This document shows positions 52,618 to 61,982 of a stretch of DNA of 64,000 nucleotides, piece after piece; position 1 is the first letter of the stretch; the number at the start of each line of letters is the position of its first letter. A model generated the notes under the pieces. That model was not told where the DNA came from. It searched no databases and saw only the letters and a list, made by a program, of their open reading frames with translations. The stretch spans positions 105,944 through 169,943 of the forward strand of contig DATHQT010000057.1 of the NCBI GenBank assembly GCA_035482415.1. The letters run 5' to 3'. The stretch is from Acidobacteriaceae bacterium (GTDB taxonomy: Bacteria; Acidobacteriota; Terriglobia; Terriglobales; Acidobacteriaceae). The position numbers and the translations under genes were made by a program.

Positions 52618-54414
52618 TCAGTGCTTCACACCGGCCGGAACGATCTTCTCGCGAGGCACCACCCCCTGGCCCTCGAGCACACAATAGAATTTGTCCGCCG
52701 CCAAATTCTTCAGCGTCTCTTTCTGTCCGGACGGCCACGTGATCTCCACGCTGTCCACCGTCTCGTGCGCTCCTAAACCAAAGTGCAGCCGCACGTCATT
52801 CTGCGAAAGATAGCTGCCCCCGCTGCGTACTTCGCCAAGTTGTACAAGGTCGCCGGCCGTCACGTGTACTCTCGCGTTCAGCGCCAACCGGTTGCTCTTG
52901 GTCCCCGCGAGCTCAAAGTTGATCCAGTGATTCTTCGGACCACCCTCGGTGCGTAGAATCATCGGGCTGCCTTCAAGATTCTCCACCACCAGCTCCGTGT
53001 GCCCGTCATTGAAGAGATCGCCCACCGCCAGCCCGCGACTCACCTGCGGAATCTGAATGGCCGGCCCCACCAACTCGCTTGCGTTCCGGAATGAGCCGTT
53101 GCGCTGATTCAAAAACATCTGCTTCGGCTCTCGGTACTTCGTTCCAATGTCTCTCGTGTCCACTTGCGGATACACGTGGCCATTCACCAGAAACAAATCC
53201 GCCCAGCCATCATTGTCCAGATCGAAGAACGCGTCCCCCCAGCCAACATAGGGCGACGTTGCAACCGTCAGCCCCGCCTGGTCCGACACATCCGTGAAGT
53301 TCAAATCCCCATCATTGCGAAACAGCGCGGTGTACTCCTCGCTGAAGTGCGTGACCGCAACCGAGAAGCGTCCGGCATGCAGATAGTCTCCCAGCGCCAC
53401 TCCCATATTCGCCTGTTCGTAGCCATCTTTATTAACCGCAATGCCAGACGGATACGCCACATCCGTAAACTTACCCTTGCCGTCGTTCTGATAAAGATAG
53501 TTGGGCTCGCCATCGTTTGCCACGAACAAATCGATCTTGCCATCCCCATTAAAATCCGACCACACCGACGTCAATCCAAAATACTTCTGCGCATCGTCCA
53601 CGCCTGCCTGCTTCGAAACGTCGGTGAATGTCCCATCCCCGTTGTTGTGGTACAGATTGTCCGGCGAGCCCGTCAGTCCGCGCGGGCCGCACTGCACGGC
53701 AATCTCGTGGTACATGCAGGTCTTCTTCGACCCCAGCGTCGGCAGGTCATTCAAATTCAGATCGACATAGTGCGGAACAAACAGGTCCACATAACCATCG
53801 TTGTCATAGTCCCCAAAGGCCGCGCCCGTCGCCCAGCCCGCATCGCTGCTCAGCCCCGACAGCTTGGTCACATCCGTAAATGTTCCGTCGCCATTATTCC
53901 GATACAGCACCACGCCACCAAAGCACGACACCAGCAGGTCCGGCCAGCCATCGTTGTTGTAGTCTCCCACCATCGCGCCCATCGCCCAGCACGGATGGGC
54001 CACACCCGCCTTCTCCGTAACATCCGCAAACGTGCCATCGCGATTATTATGGTAAAGCGCACTTCGCGCCTTCGTCCCCGCCAGCGACATGTCCACGTCC
54101 GGCGCATTCGTGAAAAAGATATCCGGCCAACCATCGCGATCATAATCAATCAGCGCCACGCCGCCGCTCATCGACTCGACAATGTACTTCTTGGCCTCCG
54201 ATGAAAGATGAGTGAAGTGAATCCCCGTCTTCGCCGTAATGTCCACTAGCTGCGGAAGGTCATTCACCGCCACCGCCCCAGGCTGAACCACCGCAGCAGA
54301 CTTCTTCGCGCCTACCTGCTGGGCCCATGACGCCTGCATCAGCGATGCGCACACGATCAACATCGCTGCCCACCGCATCCCACCCAACCCTCGAGAGCTA
54401 CTGAACGCGATCAT
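52618..54414 (-). CDS. CRTAC1-like protein (FG-GAP/VCBS repeats + ASPIC/UnbV)
   Basis: Signal MRWAAMLIVCASLMQASWAQQ. Repeats: IDYDRDGWPDIFFTN, GDYNNDGWPDLLVS, GDYDNDGYVDLFV, SDFNGDGKIDLFVAN, FDLDNDGWADLFLVNG. ASPIC/UnbV segment: NHWINFELAGTKSNRLALNARV...GGSYLSQNDVRLHFGLG. An alternative start at 54378 gives a cleaner signal peptide. The gene begins 10-46 nt downstream of the NtrC-like gene. Confidence 0.8.
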   Translation of the reverse strand: MIAFSSSRGLGGMRWAAMLIVCASLMQASWAQQVGAKKSAAVVQPGAVAVNDLPQLVDITAKTGIHFTHLSSEAKKYIVESMSGGVALIDYDRDGWPDIFFTNAPDVDMSLAGTKARSALYHNNRDGTFADVTEKAGVAHPCWAMGAMVGDYNNDGWPDLLVSCFGGVVLYRNNGDGTFTDVTKLSGLSSDAGWATGAAFGDYDNDGYVDLFVPHYVDLNLNDLPTLGSKKTCMYHEIAVQCGPRGLTGSPDNLYHNNGDGTFTDVSKQAGVDDAQKYFGLTSVWSDFNGDGKIDLFVANDGEPNYLYQNDGKGKFTDVAYPSGIAVNKDGYEQANMGVALGDYLHAGRFSVAVTHFSEEYTALFRNDGDLNFTDVSDQAGLTVATSPYVGWGDAFFDLDNDGWADLFLVNGHVYPQVDTRDIGTKYREPKQMFLNQRNGSFRNASELVGPAIQIPQVSRGLAVGDLFNDGHTELVVENLEGSPMILRTEGGPKNHWINFELAGTKSNRLALNARVHVTAGDLVQLGEVRSGGSYLSQNDVRLHFGLGAHETVDSVEITWPSGQKETLKNLAADKFYCVLEGQGVVPREKIVPAGVKH

Positions 54415-54424
54415 CGAAGGTTCA

Positions 54425-55864
54425 CTACTCTTTGCCGCGCTTCTTCAGGACAATGTTCAGTCGCTTGATCTTCTGATTCAACGTCGAAAGCGGAATCCTG
54501 AAAAACTCCGACGCCTCCGTCTGGTTCCAGTTGCAACGCTCCAGCCGATCCGCGATGATCCTCCGCTCAATGTCCTCGATCACATCGAAGAGGGAAGCGT
54601 CCGGCCGCTGCTCCAGCAGCGCCGTAGAAAACGTATTGCCGCGCAGCTGTTGCGGCAGCAAATCCGGGCTCAACGTCGGCCCATTCGACAGCACAACGCC
54701 GCGCTCCATCGCATTCTCAAGCTCGCGCACATTGCCCGGCCACTCATAATCCATCATCAGACGCAATGCTTCCGAGGACAGCTCGGGTGGCGGAAAGCCG
54801 TTCTCTTCCGCATAGAACTTGAGATAGTGATTCGCCAGCAAGGGAATATCTTCCTTGCGATTCCGCAGCGGCGGCAGCTCCAGCGAGATCACATTCAGCC
54901 GATAGAAAAGGTCTTCGCGGAATCTACCTTCCTTCACCGCCTGCTCCAGGTTCACGTTGGTCGCAGCGACGATCCGGATATCCACCTGGATCTCCTGTGT
55001 TCCGCCGACATGCATAAACCGGCGATCCTGCAACACGCGCAGAATCTTCGCCTGCATGTCCATGCGCATCGTGCCAATCTCGTCGAGGAACAGCGTCCCG
55101 CCGTCCGCCACCTCAAACAATCCCTTCTTCGCCGCCACTGCCGAAGTGAACGCACCGCGCTCATGTCCAAACAGCGTCGACTCCAGCAAATCTGACGGCA
55201 CCGCTCCCGTGTTCACCGGGATAAACGGCTTATCCCGCCGCGGCGAGTGCGCGTGAATCGCCTTCGCGATCAGCTCCTTGCCGGTGCCGCTCTCGCCCTG
55301 GATCAGCACCGTCGAGCGGCTCGGAGCCACCTGCGCCACCAGGTCAAACAGTCGCAGCATCGGCTCGCTCTTGCCTACAATGTTCTCAAACGAAACCCGC
55401 TGTTTCAGCGTCCGCTTGAGATGCACAACCTCCTGCTCGGCGCGATTCTTTCCAATCGCAATGCGAATATCCGCCAGCAGCTTCTCGTTGTCCCACGGCT
55501 TCTGAACAAAGTTCGACGCGCCCGCGCGGATCGCATCCACCACGTTGCCCACCGTTCCGTACGCCGTAATCATGATCACCGGCAGATCCGGTACCAGCGC
55601 TTTAATCCGTGGCAGCAGGTCAATGCCGCTCTCTCCCGGCAGCGCGAGATCCAGCAGCATCAGGTCATACGCATTGCGCGTCAGCTGGTCCAGGCCCGCA
55701 ACGCCATCGCCCGCCAGGTCGACGCGAAATCCCTCCAGCGTCAACAGCGTCTCCAGCGAGTCGCGGATCCCTGCCTCGTCGTCAATGATGAGGATCCTCT
55801 GACCCAACGGGTGAACAGCTACACTCGGCTCGTCGATCGGTTCACTCACGGCTGCCTTAGACAT
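54425..55864 (-). CDS. Sigma-54-dependent response regulator (NtrC/Fis family enhancer-binding protein)
   Basis: REC domain (ILIIDDEAGIRDSL...YDLMLLDLALPGESG). AAA+ domain with Walker A GESGTGKELIAKAIH and the sigma-54 contact loop GAFTSA (GAFTGA variant). C-terminal Fis-type HTH (EASEFFRIPLSTLNQKIKRL). Confidence 0.9.
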   Translation of the reverse strand: MSKAAVSEPIDEPSVAVHPLGQRILIIDDEAGIRDSLETLLTLEGFRVDLAGDGVAGLDQLTRNAYDLMLLDLALPGESGIDLLPRIKALVPDLPVIMITAYGTVGNVVDAIRAGASNFVQKPWDNEKLLADIRIAIGKNRAEQEVVHLKRTLKQRVSFENIVGKSEPMLRLFDLVAQVAPSRSTVLIQGESGTGKELIAKAIHAHSPRRDKPFIPVNTGAVPSDLLESTLFGHERGAFTSAVAAKKGLFEVADGGTLFLDEIGTMRMDMQAKILRVLQDRRFMHVGGTQEIQVDIRIVAATNVNLEQAVKEGRFREDLFYRLNVISLELPPLRNRKEDIPLLANHYLKFYAEENGFPPPELSSEALRLMMDYEWPGNVRELENAMERGVVLSNGPTLSPDLLPQQLRGNTFSTALLEQRPDASLFDVIEDIERRIIADRLERCNWNQTEASEFFRIPLSTLNQKIKRLNIVLKKRGKE

Positions 55865-58820
55865 GGACTACCTTTCCCTCTGCGCTGGCGGGCTCACTGC
55901 CGGCTTGCGTCTTGTGCTGGGGTCGCGGTCCCGTGGTATCGACTGCAGGCAACTCCAGGCGAAAGACCGTGCCCTCGCCCTGCGTGCTGCTCACTTCGAT
56001 CGTCCCGGCGTGCTCCTGGACGATCCCATACGTCACCGCCAGGCCCAGCCCCGTGCCCTTGCGCTGTCCTTCCTTGGGATTGCTCTTGGTCGTGAAGAAC
56101 GGGTCGTAGATCTTGCGCATCACCTCCGGCGACATACCCACACCGTTGTCCTCCACGCGAATCTCTACTCCCTTGGACGTGCGCGCCGTGAAAATGCGCA
56201 CGCTGCCGCTGCCTTTCTCCTGCAGCGCGTCCTTCGCGTTCAACACCAGGTTGACCAACACCTGCTGCAACTTGCCGCGGTTTCCCGACACCAGCGGCAG
56301 ATCCTCATGCAACTCCGTCGCCACCGCCACACCGGCCGATCGCATCTGGTGCTCCAGCAGCAACACCGTATCGCGCACCATCAGGTTCACATCCACGCGC
56401 CCAAAGTCCACGCTGCCCATGCGCGAAAAATTCAGCAGCCCGTTCACAATCTCAGACGCGCGAAACGTCTGCTGCGTTATCTTTTCCAGTACCGGCTGCA
56501 GCCGCGCATGCGTCGCCTCATCCGAGCGCAACTGCTTGCCCAGCATCTGTGCGTAGCTCGAAATCACTGCCAGCGGCGTGTTTACCTCGTGCGCCACGCC
56601 TGCCGCCAGCAGCCCAATCGACGACAGCTTCTCGGACTGCGTCAGCTGCGTCTCCATGTTGATGCGGTCCGTAATGTCGTCCACAATCACAATGCGTCCC
56701 ACCGCCTGAAACTCCCGGTTCAATAGCGGAGCAATCGTGATATTCGCCGTGCGTGCCTCGCCCGTCGGCGTTGGCAGACGGAACTTGTACAGCGTGCTCA
56801 CGCCCTGTTCGCCGCGCAGGCGATCGAACTCCTGCAGAAACTCCACCGGGAACACCTCGCGCAGCGGATGCCGCAGTGCGTCGGCCCTGGGCGTCGCATA
56901 CATCACTTCCATCTCCGCATTCCAGCTCTCGATCCGGTCTTCCAGATCAACCGCGAACACGCCGATGTTGATCGACTCCACGATGTTCTCGTTGAAATCA
57001 CGCAACCGCTCGAAGTCCTGGATCTTCTGCTCCAGCCGGCGATACAGCTGGGCATTCTGAATCGCGATCCCGATATACCCCGCCAGTGATTCCAGCAGCT
57101 CCATGTCCTCGCTGGAAAGGAAGTCGCCTTCGCCCGTGCGCCCCAGGCCCAGCACCGCAATGGTGCTGCGTCCTGTGCCCTCATGCCTTGCGGCCCGGCA
57201 CGGCACGTAATAATTCAGATCCAGCGCCGCAGCCGTCTGCCTCTGTTCATCCGGAAGCCGCAGCATGGCATTCGGCGTCTCGAAAAATAAATGGCTGCTG
57301 CTGTCCCGGTTATCGAAGTCCAGAAACCCGAGCTCCAGCGAGTCCGCATTCGGAAGCACCTGCTGCGAAAGCCCGTGCGCCGCTGCCAGCGAGAACTTGC
57401 TCTTCCGCCCCGCCGTCTCTTCCTGTGCCAGGAAGACCGCCACGCGCGTCACCAGCAACGTCTCCGGCAGCCGCTGCACAATCGAGTTCACCAGCGCCCG
57501 CAAATCCGTCTGCGCATTCAGCTCGCTGCCAAACTCCACCAGCGTCTCGCGGTAGTCGATGCTCTTCTGATCGAACACCCGGTCCAGCTGTCCCTGGATT
57601 ACCCGCTTGAGCGGATCGAACACCAGGCCCGTCACGATGACGGTCGCCACCAGCGCCCACTCGCCGAGATGCTGAAACCGCGTGTGCACCATCTCCGCGC
57701 TCAGCGCGACCACGCCAAAGTAGACACCCACCAGCGCCGCCGTCGCCAACGTGTACGACGCGCCGCGCTTGAAGATCAGGTCCACATCCATCAGCCGGTA
57801 CCGCACGATGGCCCAGCTGAATGTCAGCGGCAGCAGGATCAACGACAGCAGCGCAACCCTGGTCAGCGCGCTCGGCATATACGCGTTGAACAGGAACGGA
57901 ATCACGTACAGCGCGGTGAAGGGAACTACCGTAAGTACTGTTCCGCGCGACAGCCACTTCAGCTGCTGACGTTGCAGCGGCTGGACCTCGGACCGATAGC
58001 GCACCCAGAACACGATCGCCGCCAGAATGTAGAAGCTCGCCAGGTAGGCATAGTCGAACTTGTCCAGGCGCTGCTGCAGTGCCCCGGTCGACTCCCAATG
58101 GGTATACGAAAGGTACCGTAGAACCCCCAGCACCAGCCCCGGCACATAGATCAGCGGGTACAACAACCTGCGCCGCCGCCGCGACCCCTCCTGGGTAAAA
58201 CTGATTGCGAAGTGCAGAAACAGCGCCGGCTGCAGCTCGGTTGCAATAATGTTGCCGGTCAGAATCGTTATGTCGAGGCCGTCAAGAATCCCCGTGAACT
58301 TGAATGCATAAAAGATGAACGAGACCAGGCAGAACACGAAGAAGTGTGTCGACTTCGGCGCCGTCCAGCGTCGCAAAAGTACAAACAAACCGATCGCCAG
58401 GTACACCAGCGCAATCAGCCGCTCCACCTGCCAGTCGGTCCGGTCCATCGGCTCCAGGTACACCACCACCGGAACCGCGACCATCGAGCTCCCCGTGGTC
58501 TTCCGCAGCAGCAAATACCTTACCTTCGACCAGACCCCGAACGCATCAATCTGCCGCTGCAGGGAAGCCAGACGCAGCGTCGGAACGTCGTTCACCGACG
58601 TGAGCGTATCCCCCGAACGCACCCCGGCCCGATACGCTGGGGTATCCGGCGGCACCAGGTACGCACGCAATCCCCCTGCTGTCTCTGTCCATCCCGCGCC
58701 GTCCGTTGCTGGCGTGTAGTCGCTCTCCTGCACCAGGTTCGCAATGGCGAGTCCCAGGGCGGCCAGAGTAAAAATCGCCAGGACAATCGCCAGCAACCGA
58801 GTTTGAGCACCGCTTTTCAC
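55857..58820 (-). CDS. Multi-domain sensor histidine kinase: N-terminal TM + PDZ-like domain, polytopic membrane region, GAF, PAS, HisKA, HATPase_c
   Basis: PDZ-like segment LRAYLVPPDTPAYRAGVRSGDTLTSVNDV, then about 8 TM helices. H-box GLLAAGVAHEVNTPLAVISSYAQML. ATP-binding EDNGVGM...GTGLGLAVTYGIV. GTG start. 8-nt overlap with the regulator gene. Confidence 0.85.
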   Translation of the reverse strand: MKSGAQTRLLAIVLAIFTLAALGLAIANLVQESDYTPATDGAGWTETAGGLRAYLVPPDTPAYRAGVRSGDTLTSVNDVPTLRLASLQRQIDAFGVWSKVRYLLLRKTTGSSMVAVPVVVYLEPMDRTDWQVERLIALVYLAIGLFVLLRRWTAPKSTHFFVFCLVSFIFYAFKFTGILDGLDITILTGNIIATELQPALFLHFAISFTQEGSRRRRRLLYPLIYVPGLVLGVLRYLSYTHWESTGALQQRLDKFDYAYLASFYILAAIVFWVRYRSEVQPLQRQQLKWLSRGTVLTVVPFTALYVIPFLFNAYMPSALTRVALLSLILLPLTFSWAIVRYRLMDVDLIFKRGASYTLATAALVGVYFGVVALSAEMVHTRFQHLGEWALVATVIVTGLVFDPLKRVIQGQLDRVFDQKSIDYRETLVEFGSELNAQTDLRALVNSIVQRLPETLLVTRVAVFLAQEETAGRKSKFSLAAAHGLSQQVLPNADSLELGFLDFDNRDSSSHLFFETPNAMLRLPDEQRQTAAALDLNYYVPCRAARHEGTGRSTIAVLGLGRTGEGDFLSSEDMELLESLAGYIGIAIQNAQLYRRLEQKIQDFERLRDFNENIVESINIGVFAVDLEDRIESWNAEMEVMYATPRADALRHPLREVFPVEFLQEFDRLRGEQGVSTLYKFRLPTPTGEARTANITIAPLLNREFQAVGRIVIVDDITDRINMETQLTQSEKLSSIGLLAAGVAHEVNTPLAVISSYAQMLGKQLRSDEATHARLQPVLEKITQQTFRASEIVNGLLNFSRMGSVDFGRVDVNLMVRDTVLLLEHQMRSAGVAVATELHEDLPLVSGNRGKLQQVLVNLVLNAKDALQEKGSGSVRIFTARTSKGVEIRVEDNGVGMSPEVMRKIYDPFFTTKSNPKEGQRKGTGLGLAVTYGIVQEHAGTIEVSSTQGEGTVFRLELPAVDTTGPRPQHKTQAGSEPASAEGKVVHV

Positions 58821-58850
58821 GGGGAAGTACCATCTTTCAGGGATGAAGCA

Positions 58851-58866
58851 TGCAAATCAGCGGCCA
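58851..58866 (-). promoter_or_regulatory. Candidate sigma-54 (-24/-12) promoter for the kinase-regulator-CRTAC1 operon
   Basis: The minus strand reads TGGCCG-ctgat-TTGCA, with GG and GC at the correct 10-nt spacing. It lies about 30-45 nt upstream of the GTG start at 58820. Three mismatches flank the -24 core. Confidence 0.4.
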
Positions 58867-59097
58867 AAGGGCGAATACTAGCGAATACCGCCGATAACCC
58901 AGCAGAATGAGGGAGGTTGAGGAAATCTTGGCCTTTCAGATGCACGAATTCATATGCAGATACGTATTTCAGAATAGCTCGGTTCAGCGCTTACTCGCCA
59001 TTTGCCTGATCAAATCGGCCTGTCTTATCACCTCATCCACCTGAAAAAGCCTGCATACTCCACGACATCCCGGCCCAGAACTCCTTGCGCGCCGGAA

Positions 59098-59162
59098 CCA
59101 ATTGTTAAAATCCACGGCCTCAGGCTACCTTCAGCGGAATTTCACGTATCTTTAACAATTGG
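59098..59162. repeat. Perfect 12-bp inverted repeat CCAATTGTTAAA ... TTTAACAATTGG separated by 41 nt
   Basis: Read directly: 59098-59109 and 59151-59162. It lies in the 457-bp divergent intergenic region, about 230-300 bp upstream of the candidate sigma-54 promoter and about 115 bp upstream of the hydrolase gene. Confidence 0.8.
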
Positions 59163-59277
59163 CGCTTAGCGATGAATGATCTTCAGCCTTCCTATGTTGA
59201 TCAAACGATCAATGGACCAGCCGAAGCCTGCAAACGTTAGCGAACCGAAAATTTGAACTAGGGGAACCTCCGGCACC

Positions 59278-60210
59278 ATGATGAAGCGCCGTCATATTCA
59301 GCTCGATGGCCTTCGCCTCTCGTACCTCGAAAAGGGAAGAGCGGTGGAGAATCAGCCCTCGCTCGTTCTGCTTCACGGCCTCATGGGCTGCGCCGCCACC
59401 TTCGTCCCCCTCATGGAGCAGCTGCGCCCCGACCTCCACGTTATCGCCCTCGATCTCCCCGGAGCCGGCGAGTCCGAACGCCGCCACGACATCGACTCGC
59501 GCATGGCCACCACCGCAGAACAAGTCAGCCGCATCCTCGACGAGCTCCATCTGCACCGTCCCATCGTCCTCGGCCATTCACATGGCGGAGCGGTCGCGAT
59601 GAGCCTTGCCGCCAATCATCGCAAGTCGGTTGGCTCGCTCGTTCTTGTCTCGCCCGCGCACCCTTACTTCCGCGAGGGTGATCCGCTCATCCGCTTCTAT
59701 CTCTCCAAGCCCGGCCAGCTCTTCGCCCACTGCATGCCGTGGATGCCCGAGTGGCTGCAGATGATTGGCCTCCGCCGCATGGCCGGCCCGCAAAGCTGGG
59801 ACACCCCTGAGCGCCTCAAGCCCTACCGCGACAACCTCCGCACTCCAGGCACCGTCCTCCACCTGCTCCGCCTCCTCCAGACCTGGCACGACGACATGGC
59901 CGGCCTGCGCCGCGCCCTCCGCCGCCACCTCGAAACCCCCAGCCTGGTCCTCTGGGGCGACTGCGACCGCGCGGTCCCGGTCCACTCCGCGCCCGAGCTG
60001 CGCCGCCATCTACAGCACTCCGATCTCATCACCCTCCCCGGCGTCGGCCACCGTCCCGCCGAAGAGGCCCCCGAGTTGGTAGCCAACTTCATCCGCATGT
60101 GGCTCGAGATGGAAGTGCCCGCGCCGTCCATTCGCTACAGCGCGAACGTCTCTCCCAGCCACGCCCGCAAGCCCTCGCGCATCACCCCGAGCTTCGAATC
60201 CGGCGACTGA
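59278..60210 (+). CDS. Alpha/beta-fold hydrolase
   Basis: LVLLHGLMGCAATF and nucleophile elbow GHSHGGAVA, with a C-terminal His region (LPGVGHRPAEE). Confidence 0.75.
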   Translation: MMKRRHIQLDGLRLSYLEKGRAVENQPSLVLLHGLMGCAATFVPLMEQLRPDLHVIALDLPGAGESERRHDIDSRMATTAEQVSRILDELHLHRPIVLGHSHGGAVAMSLAANHRKSVGSLVLVSPAHPYFREGDPLIRFYLSKPGQLFAHCMPWMPEWLQMIGLRRMAGPQSWDTPERLKPYRDNLRTPGTVLHLLRLLQTWHDDMAGLRRALRRHLETPSLVLWGDCDRAVPVHSAPELRRHLQHSDLITLPGVGHRPAEEAPELVANFIRMWLEMEVPAPSIRYSANVSPSHARKPSRITPSFESGD

Positions 60211-60827
60211 GCTGTCCCCGCAAAGAAGTGGTCCGCACCCTCCACCCACACAATCTTCTTCGGCTCCGCAGCCGCAACCAGCGTTGCCTCCAGCATCCCC
60301 TGCGGGCAGAACTTGTCGTGATCCCCACTCACAAACAGCTTTGGCAGGCTCCCGCACGCCGGCAGAAACCGATAGCTGTAATCGCGGCCCGCCGACTGCA
60401 GCGGCAGCCCTAATCCCACCAGCCCCCGCACCCGCGCATCGCCGCACGTCGCCCTCAGCCCAACATTCGCGCCAAACGAGAACCCCGCAAACAGCACGGG
60501 CAGCCCGAACCTCTCCGTCAACCAGTCCACCGCCGCGCGCACATCGTCCACCTCGCCATAGCCGCCGTCGTGCACGCCCTCGCTCAACCCCGTGCCCCGA
60601 AAGTTGAACCGCAGCACCGGCAGCCCAAAGCTCGAGAACGCCTTGGCCGCGTGATACACCACCTTGTTATGCATCGTGCCGCCGCTGGGTGGATGCGGAT
60701 GCGCCACCACCGCCGCGTACAGCGCATCGTCTTTGCCGGTGCTGAGGATCGCTTCCAGCCGCCCGCCCGGCCCGCGCAGGTCGTCAACACTCTTCAGATG
60801 GGATCGAAATAAAGCAGAATCACTCAC
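60135..60827 (-). CDS. Alpha/beta hydrolase (COG2945-like)
   Basis: VVAHPHPPSGGTMHNKVVYHAAKAFSSFGLPVLRFNFRGTGLSEG and nucleophile-elbow-like GFSFGANV. Confidence 0.7.
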   Translation of the reverse strand: MSDSALFRSHLKSVDDLRGPGGRLEAILSTGKDDALYAAVVAHPHPPSGGTMHNKVVYHAAKAFSSFGLPVLRFNFRGTGLSEGVHDGGYGEVDDVRAAVDWLTERFGLPVLFAGFSFGANVGLRATCGDARVRGLVGLGLPLQSAGRDYSYRFLPACGSLPKLFVSGDHDKFCPQGMLEATLVAAAEPKKIVWVEGADHFFAGTAQSPDSKLGVMREGLRAWLGETFAL

Positions 60828-60893
60828 ACCCTCAGTTTAGCCAGTTCCAAGGCTGACTCGCTGACTCGCTAACCTCAGTTATCCTTACAGCAG

Positions 60894-61943
60894 ATGCCAG
60901 CCAAGATCCCGATCGATCCCATCCAACTCACCCGGCAGCTCGTCGACCTTGAATCCACCACCTACCACGAGGCCCCCGCAGGCGAGTTCCTCTCCACCTA
61001 TCTCGCTGCCCAGGGGTACATCATCGAGCGCCAGCCCGTCCCCCAGCCCGATCCCACCAAGAATCCCGCCGCCGGCACCGGCCCCCGCTTCAACGTCTAC
61101 GCCTCGCTCCCCGGCGTCACCCCCGACATCGTCCTCTCCTCCCACATGGACACCGTTCCGCCCTTCCTCGGCCCCTGCCGCGAAGACGCCGACTTCCTCT
61201 ACGGCCGCGGCACCTGCGATGCCAAGGGAATCATCGCCACCCAGATCGCTGCCGCAGAAAAACTCATTGCTGCCGGCAAGCGCATCGCGCTGCTCTACGT
61301 CGTTGGAGAAGAGCGCGACTCCGCTGGCGCCCTCCTGGCCAACACGACCCCCAAAGGCTCCCGCTTCATCATCAACGGCGAGCCCACCGACAACCGCCTC
61401 GCCCTGGCCTCCAAAGGCTGCCTCCGTGTAGAGCTCCGCGCCAGCGGCAAGATGGCCCACTCTGCCTATCCCGAGCTAGGCGACTCCGCCGTAGACAAAC
61501 TCCTCGCCGCCCTCCACGATATTCAGGCCCTGCCCTTGCCCGTAGTAGAGGGCATCGGCGACTGCACCATGAACATCGGCGTCATCCGCGGCGGCGTCGC
61601 TCCCAACGTCATCCCCGACAAAGCCGAGGCCCACATCCTCATTCGCCTGGTCGGCCCGCCCGAAGAGCTGATGGCGCAGATCACCCAGGCCGCCGCCGGC
61701 CGCTGCGAGGTCAGCTTCACCCTCAAGCTCCCCTACATGCACATGCGCGCGATCCCGGGCTTCGATACCATGATCGCCAAGTTCACCACCGACATCCCCT
61801 CCCTCACCAACTGGGGCGAACCCTTCCTGCTCGGGCCCGGCAGCATCCTCGTCGCCCACACCCCCGACGAACACATCCGCAAGTCCGAGCTGCTGGAGTG
61901 TGTTGATCTCTACGTAAAACTTGCCAACAGCCTGCTCGGCTAG
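60894..61943 (+). CDS. M20-family metallopeptidase/deacylase (ArgE/DapE-like)
   Basis: LSSHMDTVPPF, GRGTCDAKG and GEERDSAG are metal-binding motifs of the M20 family. Confidence 0.8.
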   Translation: MPAKIPIDPIQLTRQLVDLESTTYHEAPAGEFLSTYLAAQGYIIERQPVPQPDPTKNPAAGTGPRFNVYASLPGVTPDIVLSSHMDTVPPFLGPCREDADFLYGRGTCDAKGIIATQIAAAEKLIAAGKRIALLYVVGEERDSAGALLANTTPKGSRFIINGEPTDNRLALASKGCLRVELRASGKMAHSAYPELGDSAVDKLLAALHDIQALPLPVVEGIGDCTMNIGVIRGGVAPNVIPDKAEAHILIRLVGPPEELMAQITQAAAGRCEVSFTLKLPYMHMRAIPGFDTMIAKFTTDIPSLTNWGEPFLLGPGSILVAHTPDEHIRKSELLECVDLYVKLANSLLG

Positions 61944-61982
61944 GCCTTACGGCAACTTGCTCCACCGGAACTTTAAGTCGCC

